Source of the DNA: a virus
Lineage: Duplodnaviria > Caudoviricetes
IMG/VR virus record: IMGVR_UViG_3300028388_005459
Span: 1-62,349 of that record
Length of the DNA: 62,349 nt
Strand: one strand, 5' to 3'
Shown: piece by piece, positions 47,169 to 56,241 of the stretch
Position numbering within the stretch: the stretch's first letter is position 1
How the letters are laid out: every line of letters starts with the position of its first letter
Program-made: the position numbers and the translations under genes
Notes under the pieces: generated by a model
What the model was told of the DNA's origin: nothing
Database searches by the model: none
Seen by the model: only the letters and a program-made list of their open reading frames with translations

Positions 47169-49051
47169 TACTTTTTTCCATATTTCTTGTTTTTGTTTTA
47201 TATGCAATGATCAGCGGCGGTGGCGGCGTTGGCATACCGTATACCGAAGATCGCAATCCGGCGCATATCATTTATGAGGTGTTGACGGCTCCGGTTGTTG
47301 CGCTTGACGGGGATATAGTTGTTGGATGGGGGGCGGGTTATACTGCAAGCGATTTGGACTTGGATTCTTTCGAGTCGGCCGCAGATACGCTTTATTCTGA
47401 GTATTTTGGGTTAAGCATTGCATGGGAGGCAGAAAACCAAACAGCCGAAGACTTTATCACGGAAATATTGCGCCATATTGATGGATCATTGTATATGGAT
47501 CAATCGACTGGGAAACTTGTTTTGAAATTGGTGCGAGATGACTACACCGTCGGCGACTTGACCGTCTTTGATGAAAATTCAATTATAGAAATAAGAGATT
47601 ACAATGAACAGTTGCTACACGATACGATCAATGAAATTACAGTAACATATAACGACCAGGTTCTGAACAAAGAGCGATCTTTTACCGTTCAGGATATTGC
47701 GCTCCAAAACGTAATTGGTGTTGTTTCGCAAACTAACCATTATCCTGGAATTTCAACCCCACAATTGGCGGCGAAGGTTGCGCTTCGAGATTTGAAACAA
47801 CTTAGCAGCCGACTGATCAAAATGACGGCCATTGTCAACCGGACCGGATACAACGTGAAAATGAATGATGTTGTCGTTTTGCGGTATCCAGATTACGGCA
47901 TTGTATCGGCGTTGTTCCGGGTCGGACGCGTTGATTACGGTGAGCTATTGGACGGACGGGTGCGCCTGGAATTGATCACTGACGTATTCGGCGTTGAGGA
48001 GTCGGTTTATGCGGCTCCGGATGATGACACGGAATGGGAAGATCCGCTAAACGAGCCCGACAATTGCCCGCAAGAAACAATGGTTGAAGCTACGTATTTT
48101 GAGCTTGTAGAAAAGTTTTCGCAAGATGAAGTTGATTCTTACGATGACGATGACGGCATGGCCAATATTCTCGGCAGCAAGCCAAGCTCTGATGCTTCTT
48201 CCATCCAGCTATATACTGACGAAACAGGCTCGTATACGGAAAAGGGAAACATGCGGTTTACCCCGTGGACTTCGCTTTCTTCTGATATTGGCCGAGACGA
48301 TACTTTTATTGATATCACTGGGACGACGTATTTTGACCTGGTATATCCTTTAACAGTCGAAAATCACCTTGCTTATATTGGTGATGAGCTCGTTTGGGTT
48401 GTTGATTATACTGATGACCAAATTCAAGTCAAGCGTGGCGTATTTGATACCGTGGCGTCCGAACACTTGTCTGGCACGAGTGTATGGTTTTTTGAGTCAT
48501 ATAGGCGTTTATACACGGAGGTTTTTTCAAGCGGAGAATCATTTAACGCCAAACTATTGCCGGAAACGCCACGCGGGGTGTTAGAAGTTGCTTCGGCTTT
48601 TGCAATATCTCTTACTTTTGATAGCAGAATGATTCGACCCTTGCCGCCCGGCAAGCTACGGATTAATACAGATAAATATCCGGATTATATCACGGGTTCT
48701 TTGACCGTGGCATGGGCGCACCGTGACAGAACCCAACAGCTAAGCCGGACGGTGACCGAGCAGGATGATGGCAACGTTGGCCCTGAAACTGGCACGACTT
48801 ATACCTTAACGATTTATGACGAAAACGACACTCAAATAAAACAATATACCGGCCTGAGCGGAACCTCTCAAGTGTATTACGTGGATGATGAAATAACCGA
48901 CTTCGGCCATGCAGATAGCAGGCCAAGCGAGAGCTTGCGAATCGAACTAAAATCGGTTCGTGATGGATACGATTCCTGGTCAGAATGGGGTTATACTATC
49001 GCCGAATGCCGTGGCTACGGCATGTTTTATGGGGAATATTATGGGGAATAG
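47165..49051 (+). CDS. central tail/host-specificity protein, main part (GTA/gpJ-like)
   Basis: NPAHIIYE, LKLVRDDY, NEITVTY, WAHRDR, YG.FYG.YYG terminus. Confidence 0.82.
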   Translation: MILFSIFLVFVLYAMISGGGGVGIPYTEDRNPAHIIYEVLTAPVVALDGDIVVGWGAGYTASDLDLDSFESAADTLYSEYFGLSIAWEAENQTAEDFITEILRHIDGSLYMDQSTGKLVLKLVRDDYTVGDLTVFDENSIIEIRDYNEQLLHDTINEITVTYNDQVLNKERSFTVQDIALQNVIGVVSQTNHYPGISTPQLAAKVALRDLKQLSSRLIKMTAIVNRTGYNVKMNDVVVLRYPDYGIVSALFRVGRVDYGELLDGRVRLELITDVFGVEESVYAAPDDDTEWEDPLNEPDNCPQETMVEATYFELVEKFSQDEVDSYDDDDGMANILGSKPSSDASSIQLYTDETGSYTEKGNMRFTPWTSLSSDIGRDDTFIDITGTTYFDLVYPLTVENHLAYIGDELVWVVDYTDDQIQVKRGVFDTVASEHLSGTSVWFFESYRRLYTEVFSSGESFNAKLLPETPRGVLEVASAFAISLTFDSRMIRPLPPGKLRINTDKYPDYITGSLTVAWAHRDRTQQLSRTVTEQDDGNVGPETGTTYTLTIYDENDTQIKQYTGLSGTSQVYYVDDEITDFGHADSRPSESLRIELKSVRDGYDSWSEWGYTIAECRGYGMFYGEYYGE

Positions 49052-49063
49052 GAGTACACAATA

Positions 49064-49444
49064 ATGGCTACTTTACCTAAGTTGGGCGTCAAAGCGTATT
49101 GGGAATATCGCGCTTCCGGCTGGAAAGACGATATGGACGGCAACCTGTTGATGTTTGATTGTATTATCCAGCTTGCCGCCGAAGACAAAGACTTGACTTC
49201 GCCGCCAGGAACTCCATCTGTCGGCGACACTTATATTGTCGGCGATTCTGCTACGGGCGATTGGTCCGGGCACGATGATAAAATTGCCGTTTACGTTAAT
49301 CAATATGACAGTAGCGGAAGCGTTACCGGTCAAACCTGGCAATTTTATACCCCGCAGGAGGGGTGGATTTGTTGGGTGAAAGACGAAAAGACTCACTATT
49401 ACTATGACCCCGACACGAGCGGCGGCCCTTGGCACTTACTGTAA
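49064..49444 (+). CDS. DUF2793-domain protein
   Basis: PP..P.VGD.YIV...ATGDWSGHD..IA...W.F.TPQEGW. Confidence 0.8.
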   Translation: MATLPKLGVKAYWEYRASGWKDDMDGNLLMFDCIIQLAAEDKDLTSPPGTPSVGDTYIVGDSATGDWSGHDDKIAVYVNQYDSSGSVTGQTWQFYTPQEGWICWVKDEKTHYYYDPDTSGGPWHLL

Positions 49445-49461
49445 AATAAGGAGATTGCATC

Positions 49462-49764
49462 ATGGCTCATGTTAGAAAAAGTTTTGACGGGAACAATCAG
49501 AAGTCAGCTCCGGTTTTCGCCCACGACGGACGCGCGTCAATCTCGATTTATGGAAGCGGGTGGAGCGCGACGGTTGCCGTTCAGCGGCATTTGGAATACG
49601 GCGGCGGCGGGAAACCGGCGAGCGATGACGCTAATTGGCGGACGATTGACAGCTATACCGAAAATCAAGAGCTTAACGCTTTTCAGGCCACGCCGTGTTG
49701 GTATCGACTGGCGACAACCGCCCATAGTAGCGGGACCGTCGGCGGCGAGATCAGGACTAACTAA
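49462..49764 (+). CDS. small beta-rich virion protein
   Basis: RBS; W..TV.VQR...WRTID.Y. Confidence 0.6.
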   Translation: MAHVRKSFDGNNQKSAPVFAHDGRASISIYGSGWSATVAVQRHLEYGGGGKPASDDANWRTIDSYTENQELNAFQATPCWYRLATTAHSSGTVGGEIRTN

Positions 49765-49776
49765 AGGAGGCCTCTA

Positions 49777-51093
49777 ATGGGTCAAAATGTATTGAAAAAT
49801 CCGTTTAGCGGCGGATCGAGCCTCCCGGATTACGGGGCCGCCGACGACGGCAAGGCTCTGATGGTCCAGGTCGACGGGTCGGTGGCTTGGGAATTGCCCC
49901 CCGGCGCGGCCGGGGGCGAAGCCACCACGTTTGAAGTGCTCGACGGCCACGGGGACGTTGGATCGGGCGCGGACCAGGTGGCGGTCGGCAACCACGACCA
50001 CAGCGGAGTGTATGAACCGGCCGACGCCACCATCCTGAAGGAAGCGGATATTGGAACGGGCGCGAGCGAAGTTGCGGCGGGCGACCACACCCATGCCAAT
50101 CTGCACTCGCACACCAATAAGACCACCTTGGATGCCATCCCCGACCACTCCGGAGCTTCAGACGGGCAGATTATCGCGGTCCAGGCCGATGGATCTCTGG
50201 CGTTTGAAGATCAAACCGGAGCCGGCGGAGGTGAGGCCACCACGTTTGAAGTGTTGGATTCTAACGGCGATGTAGGAACCGGGTCCGCTCAAGTCGCACA
50301 AGGCGACCATAGTCACGACGCTACCTATGCTCCTATCGCTAAGGGCGTCACCAATGGAGACAGTCACGACCACAGCGGAGGCGACGGCGCGCAGATAGCG
50401 CACACCAGCTTGGGTAGCGTTGGCGCTGACGACCACCACAACAGACAACACGCGCTTGGGGCAGTGGCTGATCACACTTCGGCTACCCTGGCCCAGCTTA
50501 ACGCCCTGGTTTCGGATGCCACGCTGGATGATTCCAGCGACAGCCGCACCCCGAGTAGCCACGGCAACGAGGCGCATGCCTCCACTTTTATTACATCGGG
50601 GGGCGTGACATACGAAAATCTGAACGCCAACAGCGATATTGGGTTGGGCGCGAGCCAGGTGCCTGAGGGCGACAAGGTTCTGGCGCTTGCTGGCGGAACA
50701 ATGGGCGGCAACCTCAATCTCGCTGACAATGATTTGGTCCGCGCCAATCTGAAAGATACGAGCCACGAAACTCAAAGTGTTTCATCGTCTTCCGGCTCCC
50801 TTTCCATCGACCTAACCAACGGCAATGTCGCCACCACCACCTTGACCGAAAACGTGACCAGCTTTTCGGTGTCCAACTGGCCCGCAAGTGGTGATTACGG
50901 CGAACTTCTGATTATTTTGACTCAGGATTCAACCGCCCGAACCGTTGACTGGAGTGGCGCTGGAACGAGCGTCGATTACCACACCAGCGATGGAAACGCT
51001 CCTGACATATCTACGACAGATGAAGTGTATGCGGTTCTCCTTTTCACCATGGACGCGGGCTCTAACGTCCATATTATGGCGAGTAAACAATGA
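49777..51093 (+). CDS. tail fibre with His-x-His repeats
   Basis: Repeated GGEATTFEVLD and QVA.G.H.H; GGTM.G.L motif; beta-rich C-terminus. Confidence 0.75.
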   Translation: MGQNVLKNPFSGGSSLPDYGAADDGKALMVQVDGSVAWELPPGAAGGEATTFEVLDGHGDVGSGADQVAVGNHDHSGVYEPADATILKEADIGTGASEVAAGDHTHANLHSHTNKTTLDAIPDHSGASDGQIIAVQADGSLAFEDQTGAGGGEATTFEVLDSNGDVGTGSAQVAQGDHSHDATYAPIAKGVTNGDSHDHSGGDGAQIAHTSLGSVGADDHHNRQHALGAVADHTSATLAQLNALVSDATLDDSSDSRTPSSHGNEAHASTFITSGGVTYENLNANSDIGLGASQVPEGDKVLALAGGTMGGNLNLADNDLVRANLKDTSHETQSVSSSSGSLSIDLTNGNVATTTLTENVTSFSVSNWPASGDYGELLIILTQDSTARTVDWSGAGTSVDYHTSDGNAPDISTTDEVYAVLLFTMDAGSNVHIMASKQ

Positions 51094-51686
51094 GCATGTT
51101 AATCAAATCGTTATTGATAGCGCAATTGTCTGGTGGCGTCGGTTTAGTTGGCTACGTTTATGGTGGGTATGGCGGTGGTGATCTCCAAGATTGTGATGCT
51201 TATGACCCCGATACTTGGACCAACAAAACCAATATGCCATCACCGGGGAGACATGCTTTAGCTGCGTCAACGATAGAAAATGTTGGCTACGTTTATGGTG
51301 GGTATGGCGGTGGTGCTCTCCAAGATTGTGATGCTTATGACCCGGATACTTGGACCAACAAAACCGACATGCCTACTCCGGAGAGAAATAGTTTAGCTGC
51401 GTCAACGATAGAAAATGTTGGCTACGTTTATGGTGGGACGGACGGTAGTTATCTTCAAGATTGTGACGCTTATGACCCCGATACTTGGACCAACAAAACC
51501 GACATGCCTACTCCGGAGAGACAGTTTTTAGCCGCATCAACAATAGAAAATGTCGGTTATGTTTATGGGGGTCAAAATAGTAGTAGTTTTCTTCAAGATT
51601 GTGACGCTTATGCTCCAGATACCTGGACCAACAAAACCGACATGCCTACTCCGGCGAGATACTATTCAGCCGCATCAACGATATAA
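51090..51686 (+). CDS. Kelch-repeat protein (4 x ~45 aa)
   Basis: GYVYGG...YDP.TW....MP..R repeats. Confidence 0.88.
   Translation: MSMLIKSLLIAQLSGGVGLVGYVYGGYGGGDLQDCDAYDPDTWTNKTNMPSPGRHALAASTIENVGYVYGGYGGGALQDCDAYDPDTWTNKTDMPTPERNSLAASTIENVGYVYGGTDGSYLQDCDAYDPDTWTNKTDMPTPERQFLAASTIENVGYVYGGQNSSSFLQDCDAYAPDTWTNKTDMPTPARYYSAASTI
51147..51683 (+). repeat. four ~135-bp tandem repeats
   Basis: Units start at 51147, 51282, 51417 and 51552. Confidence 0.95.
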
Positions 51687-51696
51687 AGGAGAACAA

Positions 51697-52359
51697 ATGA
51701 ATCACGATTTACATGCGCTTTTATCAGACCATCAAACCGGCATGTCAAGTTTCCAAGACGATTACCTCGTGACTGTTCGTGACGGCGGAACGCTTTACGG
51801 CCAGTATAAGCAATCCCTCCGTGAATTGTATAAACGTTTACGCGGATTGATTGATGAAATTTATGGAGAAAACGGTATAAAAAGGCTGGAACAAAAGATC
51901 GAAAGCCCAACAGATACAATTGAAGAAACCCATGCAAACCTTTTACTTGACCAAGCGAGGTTTCATGCGCAAAACACGTATCGGGAATTTATTAGGTTTT
52001 GGCAACAGGCATCGGCCTTGAAAGATCAGATCGGCGAATTAACGCCGGAGAAACGACGGCAACTTGACGAAGAAATGTGGATATATCGAATCAAGGAAAT
52101 GGCGGCGATAAACTACATGCAATACGGACGGTTGCAAAACAACACTATCGGGTTTTTATCGTCCATGCCACAGCGGATACGGGAGGAATTGTATCCGCAA
52201 ATCTTGAAACCTGAAAACCACCAGAAACTCATAGATGAATACATGAACCGCCCTTTGGATCATGTCGAATATGAGGAATTGCCGTTGCCTGAAACGGTGA
52301 CAATCCCACAAATTGAAAATACGATAAAGGAGGCACAAAAATGTCTAATCACTGCTTAG
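51697..52359 (+). CDS. helical hypothetical protein following the Kelch gene
   Basis: AAGGAG RBS; MSSFQ...TLYGQYKQSLREL..R. Confidence 0.7.
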   Translation: MNHDLHALLSDHQTGMSSFQDDYLVTVRDGGTLYGQYKQSLRELYKRLRGLIDEIYGENGIKRLEQKIESPTDTIEETHANLLLDQARFHAQNTYREFIRFWQQASALKDQIGELTPEKRRQLDEEMWIYRIKEMAAINYMQYGRLQNNTIGFLSSMPQRIREELYPQILKPENHQKLIDEYMNRPLDHVEYEELPLPETVTIPQIENTIKEAQKCLITA

Positions 52360-52754
52360 TTGAAAACGGTCAAATCAAAAAATACCCCGGTCCTTTGCCG
52401 AAGAATTGGGGTCATGTTTCGAATTTGAAGGCCTTGTCTGATACCGAACTCAAGAAACAAGGGTGGTTGCCGGTTGAGGATGTTATCGACGATTGGAACC
52501 CCAAAACTCATCAGATTGGAGACCCGACATATGAAATTCTGGCTGACAAAGTGATTCGACGGCGGCGGGCGGAACCGCTTCCCGGGCCAAGCCCCGAGGC
52601 GGTGTTGGAAGAAACTGACACTAAAATGATCCGGGTCATTGAGGACTTGTTCGACGCGCTGAAGGCCAAAGGCGTGCTGGCGGACGGTGACCTGCCCAAG
52701 GAGGCGGTGGACCGGATCGAGAAGCGGAAGGCGGCGCGGGAAAATCTTGAATGA
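52341..52754 (+). CDS. putative tail fibre assembly protein
   Basis: LPKNW...L...GWLPV; position. Confidence 0.5.
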   Translation: MSNHCLVENGQIKKYPGPLPKNWGHVSNLKALSDTELKKQGWLPVEDVIDDWNPKTHQIGDPTYEILADKVIRRRRAEPLPGPSPEAVLEETDTKMIRVIEDLFDALKAKGVLADGDLPKEAVDRIEKRKAARENLE

Positions 52755-53275
52755 TCGATTCCGGGAGTATTTTCTTATCCGCCGCATTGGCACTCATAAG
52801 CGGGCTCGTTATGTTCTGGCTGAAGAGCATATCGGCCCGCATGAAAAAAATGGAGGAATCGATAACAACCCTACAAATGAAGATTCAAGACACTCCAGTA
52901 GGAGAAGAGAAATGTAATCTATATCGTCGGCAATGTATTCGCGACTTTGAAGCACGGGAGGCCGCAATGGACGAGCAAGTGACCCAGATCGAGCGCCGGC
53001 TTGAGGAGGGGAATACGGAAATGGGGCGCTTAGCGACAAGCATAACTGCGCTGACACAAGAGTTGCGCGAACAGCGGGAAATAAATCGAATACAGCGAAG
53101 CGCAATGGAACAAACACACAAGGTGTCGATGCAGAGAGATTTGGTCCTCGTCCAGCGGGTAGAACATGCCCTGAAATTGCAGGGCATTAAAGACTCCGCG
53201 TTGAAACAATGGAAGGAGACTCTCGAGCAAGCAATCAATCAAGACTTGACAAAAGGGCATATAAATGGGGTTTAA
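52751..53275 (+). CDS. membrane-anchored coiled-coil protein (holin-like?)
   Basis: One N-terminal TM segment; start of the lysis region. Confidence 0.5.
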   Translation: MIDSGSIFLSAALALISGLVMFWLKSISARMKKMEESITTLQMKIQDTPVGEEKCNLYRRQCIRDFEAREAAMDEQVTQIERRLEEGNTEMGRLATSITALTQELREQREINRIQRSAMEQTHKVSMQRDLVLVQRVEHALKLQGIKDSALKQWKETLEQAINQDLTKGHINGV

Positions 53276-53792
53276 GGAATTTTATCATTACAAAATTTTT
53301 CTTCCGGTGTCTTCGTTTTTGCATAACGTTTTTTTCTGGATTTTTCACCCGCACAAACTTTGCCAGACCTTAAGGGTCAAAAAGATGATTGAGGAGACAG
53401 CGGTCAGATATCGTCCAGAATCAAATTTGCGTATTGTTTTTGTTCGCGAAGAAATCAGAAGATGGAACCCAATAAGAGACAAAGTTGGCGATTGGCGGCC
53501 GTGGGTTATTACTTTTCTCGCGCGCGGGCGCAAGGACGATTGTGATGGGGCTGCAATATTTGGCAAATGGCTTTTCGAGTTGATAGGGTATGAGGCAGAT
53601 ATTTATTCTCTCATGAGCGAGAGCGGAAGCCACGCCATAGCAGTGACGAGAGCAACAAGCGGCGTGCGATATCTTGTCACAAATAACGAGCTTCTCCGGA
53701 TTCCAGATCGACATTTAAGCGACTGGAAAGGCTGGGCTAAGAGATTATGGTCCCCGCACGTTGTGTATCAAAAGATTATTAAAACAAACTGA
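53265..53792 (+). CDS. transglutaminase-like cysteine peptidase
   Basis: DDCDGAAI and SHAIAV motifs. Confidence 0.6.
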   Translation: MGFKEFYHYKIFLPVSSFLHNVFFWIFHPHKLCQTLRVKKMIEETAVRYRPESNLRIVFVREEIRRWNPIRDKVGDWRPWVITFLARGRKDDCDGAAIFGKWLFELIGYEADIYSLMSESGSHAIAVTRATSGVRYLVTNNELLRIPDRHLSDWKGWAKRLWSPHVVYQKIIKTN

Positions 53793-53811
53793 AACGCAAG
53801 GAGGAAGGAAA

Positions 53812-54363
53812 ATGATGGCAACAGAAATTTATCCGGAATGGTTTAATGAAGCGTTTGACGAGTTGATTGGTATCGAAGGAGGATATGTCAATCACTCCAA
53901 CGATCCTGGTGGCGCGACAAACTGGGGGATCACTCAGCGCGTTTGTGACGAGCATTTCCCAGATCAAGACGTTAAAGACCTGACCCTGTCCCAAGCGAAA
54001 TCGATATATTGGGACGACTACTGGACGAAGATGAATCTTGACCAACTCGAGAGCAAGGCCCTCGCTCTCGAGCTTTTCGAGATGGGCGTAAACATCGGGA
54101 CGGCTCGCGCAATCATTTTCACCCAGAAGGCATGCAACTTTCTTTCTGGAAGCAAGGGGAGGAACAAAATCGCAGTTGATGGCGTTCTTGGCCCGCGAAC
54201 AAAGGCAGAGCTATCTTTTTGGACAAAGAACAATCTAAAGGCTATTTATCGAGCAATCAACGGCCTCCAGTTTATGCACTACTATAAACTGGTAACAGAG
54301 ACAGAGTGGGCCTACCCTTTTGGCGCGGGCTGGATGCTGAGAGTATGGGGGAAAAATGTCTGA
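53812..54363 (+). CDS. endolysin, glycoside hydrolase family 108
   Basis: EGGYVNHSNDPGGATNWGIT; YW; VDG.LGP.T; GW..R. Confidence 0.93.
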   Translation: MMATEIYPEWFNEAFDELIGIEGGYVNHSNDPGGATNWGITQRVCDEHFPDQDVKDLTLSQAKSIYWDDYWTKMNLDQLESKALALELFEMGVNIGTARAIIFTQKACNFLSGSKGRNKIAVDGVLGPRTKAELSFWTKNNLKAIYRAINGLQFMHYYKLVTETEWAYPFGAGWMLRVWGKNV

Positions 54364-54679
54364 AGAAAAACAGGTCAAGATTCAGCCCGTCAAGCGCAAG
54401 CTGTCGAATCTGTGGACTGACGAAAAGGGGCTTCTCTCGCAATCCAAGATCATGCTTTGGATTACATGGTTCTCGTTTTTGAGCGCAGTTCTTGGAGTCA
54501 CGGCGCGCTCTCTGATTTCGAACTGGAATATTAAGCCTGTCGCTGCTGCTGTCGTTTTGGGCGGGCTTTTTGGCTTGTTGGGTCTCTGCCTTTTCAATCG
54601 CCACGATAGTCGCGCATTCACCATCAAAGCGTCAGCCCAAGGCGCAGAGATAACGGTGGGGGCTGAGGAGGAGAAGTGA
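54356..54679 (+). CDS. putative holin
   Basis: Two TM segments; next to the endolysin. Confidence 0.6.
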   Translation: MSEEKQVKIQPVKRKLSNLWTDEKGLLSQSKIMLWITWFSFLSAVLGVTARSLISNWNIKPVAAAVVLGGLFGLLGLCLFNRHDSRAFTIKASAQGAEITVGAEEEK

Positions 54680-54680
54680 G

Positions 54681-54983
54681 ATGGGATTGGACATGATGCT
54701 ATATGCAGTAATCGCCGCCATCGTCATTGGTGGCGGAGTTGGCGGGTGGCTTAGCTATAAGATTCAGTCCGGGCGAGTTGAGCGCGCGCGGCGGCAGAGA
54801 AACCATGCCATCACGCTTGCGAAAGAACTTCGCCGACGCCTTGAGAGACGAGAGCGCGCCGACGAGATCAAAACAGAGGGAGAAAAAAATGAAGCGAGGA
54901 TTTTGGAGGAGGATGATTACGACAGTATTGGCGCTCGTCTTGACGATGCTTTTGGTGAGCGCGTGCGCAAACAAGACGGATGA
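54681..54983 (+). CDS. i-spanin (Rz-like)
   Basis: N-terminal TM followed by a coiled coil. Confidence 0.7.
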   Translation: MGLDMMLYAVIAAIVIGGGVGGWLSYKIQSGRVERARRQRNHAITLAKELRRRLERRERADEIKTEGEKNEARILEEDDYDSIGARLDDAFGERVRKQDG

Positions 54984-55188
54984 GCCTTGCCAGCCAATAT
55001 CTCTGCCTCCATCTCCTACTTTGATCGACATTGGGGAGTGGGAGCGAGATAAAGAGGCGGGGCTTTATTGTCTCGACAAAGACCAGGCCAAAAAGTTCTT
55101 GATAAACCTCAACCGCCTCAAAACGCATATATCGATTCTGAGAGCGCTTTGTGGGCCAACTCCGGCTGAGCCCTCTCCGGAGGAATAA
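54889..55188 (+). CDS. o-spanin lipoprotein (Rz1-like)
   Basis: Signal peptide with lipobox LVSA-C; Pro-rich; overlaps the i-spanin gene. Confidence 0.75.
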   Translation: MKRGFWRRMITTVLALVLTMLLVSACANKTDEPCQPISLPPSPTLIDIGEWERDKEAGLYCLDKDQAKKFLINLNRLKTHISILRALCGPTPAEPSPEE

Positions 55189-55201
55189 AATCGCGTCTCC
55201 G

Positions 55202-55444
55202 TCAAGGTTTGGCGTCATATTGAGCGCGAATTAATCGGCTGAGCCTCGCCTTTAGCTCGAGGCGCATTCCGTCTGCTCCTTCTGCTCTTCGATAGCGCTT
55301 TATCCTTCTGCGCACCCGCGCGCCCTGCTTTTGGTTTCGCAGTTCTTTGAGCATGGATTCTGTAGGGAAATTGAGATCCCAATGCCCGCTCGTCGCTTTG
55401 CAATTCTCGATTTGATTTCGAAACCAGGATTCAAAAGTTTTCAT
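55202..55444 (-). CDS. basic hypothetical protein
   Basis: ATGA coupling. Confidence 0.6.
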   Translation of the reverse strand: MKTFESWFRNQIENCKATSGHWDLNFPTESMLKELRNQKQGARVRRRIKRYRRAEGADGMRLELKARLSRLIRAQYDAKP

Positions 55445-55674
55445 TTCATCTCCTCGGGTTTGGCGGGTCTTTTAGCGTTGATCATGGTGACAAAACTTTT
55501 GGATATCTCTGCCAACGCGTCTTCTCTTCCCTTTAGAAACCCTTGTTGTTCAACGCAATCGCAGGGCTCAATGAGAAGATCGATATATGGGGTTGTGTCG
55601 TCAACGTTCGCCTTCAAAGTCTCGCCACAATTTTGACAACGGACCGTGAACTTTACTTCCATCACTTCTGGCAT
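55441..55674 (-). CDS. small Cys-containing protein
   Basis: CQNCG...PC.C. Confidence 0.6.
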   Translation of the reverse strand: MPEVMEVKFTVRCQNCGETLKANVDDTTPYIDLLIEPCDCVEQQGFLKGREDALAEISKSFVTMINAKRPAKPEEMK

Positions 55675-56009
55675 TCGCTATTTCCTTTGATGTTAAGTCT
55701 TTCATATGGGCGAAGATTTTCCTCGCTCCTTATGGCATAATAATCAGCGACGACGCGCCTCAATTCGATTTTGACTCCCTTAACTCCGAGAGCTAAGCAA
55801 GGACAAATATGCGTTCCTAAGCCGGGCAAATCAGGGAAAAGAGTTCGACAAACGTGGCATTTTGTTGCGCGAAAAAAATAATTATTCCCATCCCAATCGT
55901 CATAAAAAGAGTGAAAAGGACACCGGTCTTTATCGATATTCGCCCGATATCCCCATCTCAGTATCCTCCTCATAATTTCGTGGTTTTGAATTATTTCATC
56001 ACGCGTCAT
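55662..56009 (-). CDS. Cys-rich hypothetical protein (paralogue of 22783-23034)
   Basis: CPFH...CHVCRTLFP...CPCLALG. Confidence 0.7.
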   Translation of the reverse strand: MTRDEIIQNHEIMRRILRWGYRANIDKDRCPFHSFYDDWDGNNYFFRATKCHVCRTLFPDLPGLGTHICPCLALGVKGVKIELRRVVADYYAIRSEENLRPYERLNIKGNSECQK

Positions 56010-56036
56010 TATATTTCACCCCTATTTCTTGAAAAT

Positions 56037-56064
56037 GATCGGGGGCCGACGAAAGCCCCCGATC
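56037..56064 (-). terminator. GC-rich hairpin, possible terminator
   Basis: GATCGGGGGC-loop-GCCCCCGATC followed by ATTTTC. Confidence 0.55.
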
Positions 56065-56087
56065 TGCCACAGATTAACCCCGTAGGG

Positions 56088-56183
56088 TTAGCATTCTCTC
56101 TTACATTCGGCGGAATTTCTTTTTTTGCAGCTTACGCCGGCCCGCTCGTCGCGCTGCAATAAAAAGAGCGTCAAGACTTTCAT
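56088..56183 (-). CDS. 31-aa peptide MKVLTLFLLQRDERAGVSCKKRNSAECKREC
   Basis: AAAGGAG RBS and TGGCTATAAA promoter upstream. Confidence 0.45.
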   Translation of the reverse strand: MKVLTLFLLQRDERAGVSCKKRNSAECKREC

Positions 56184-56241
56184 TGCTTCTCCTTTCTTTG
56201 CTCTTGCTACTATTTATAGCCAGAATCTTTAAAACCCAAAA

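Noticed and set aside
51147-51683. A complete diversity-generating retroelement
   Set aside because: No reverse transcriptase, Avd or non-coding template repeat found; only the codon pattern is suggestive
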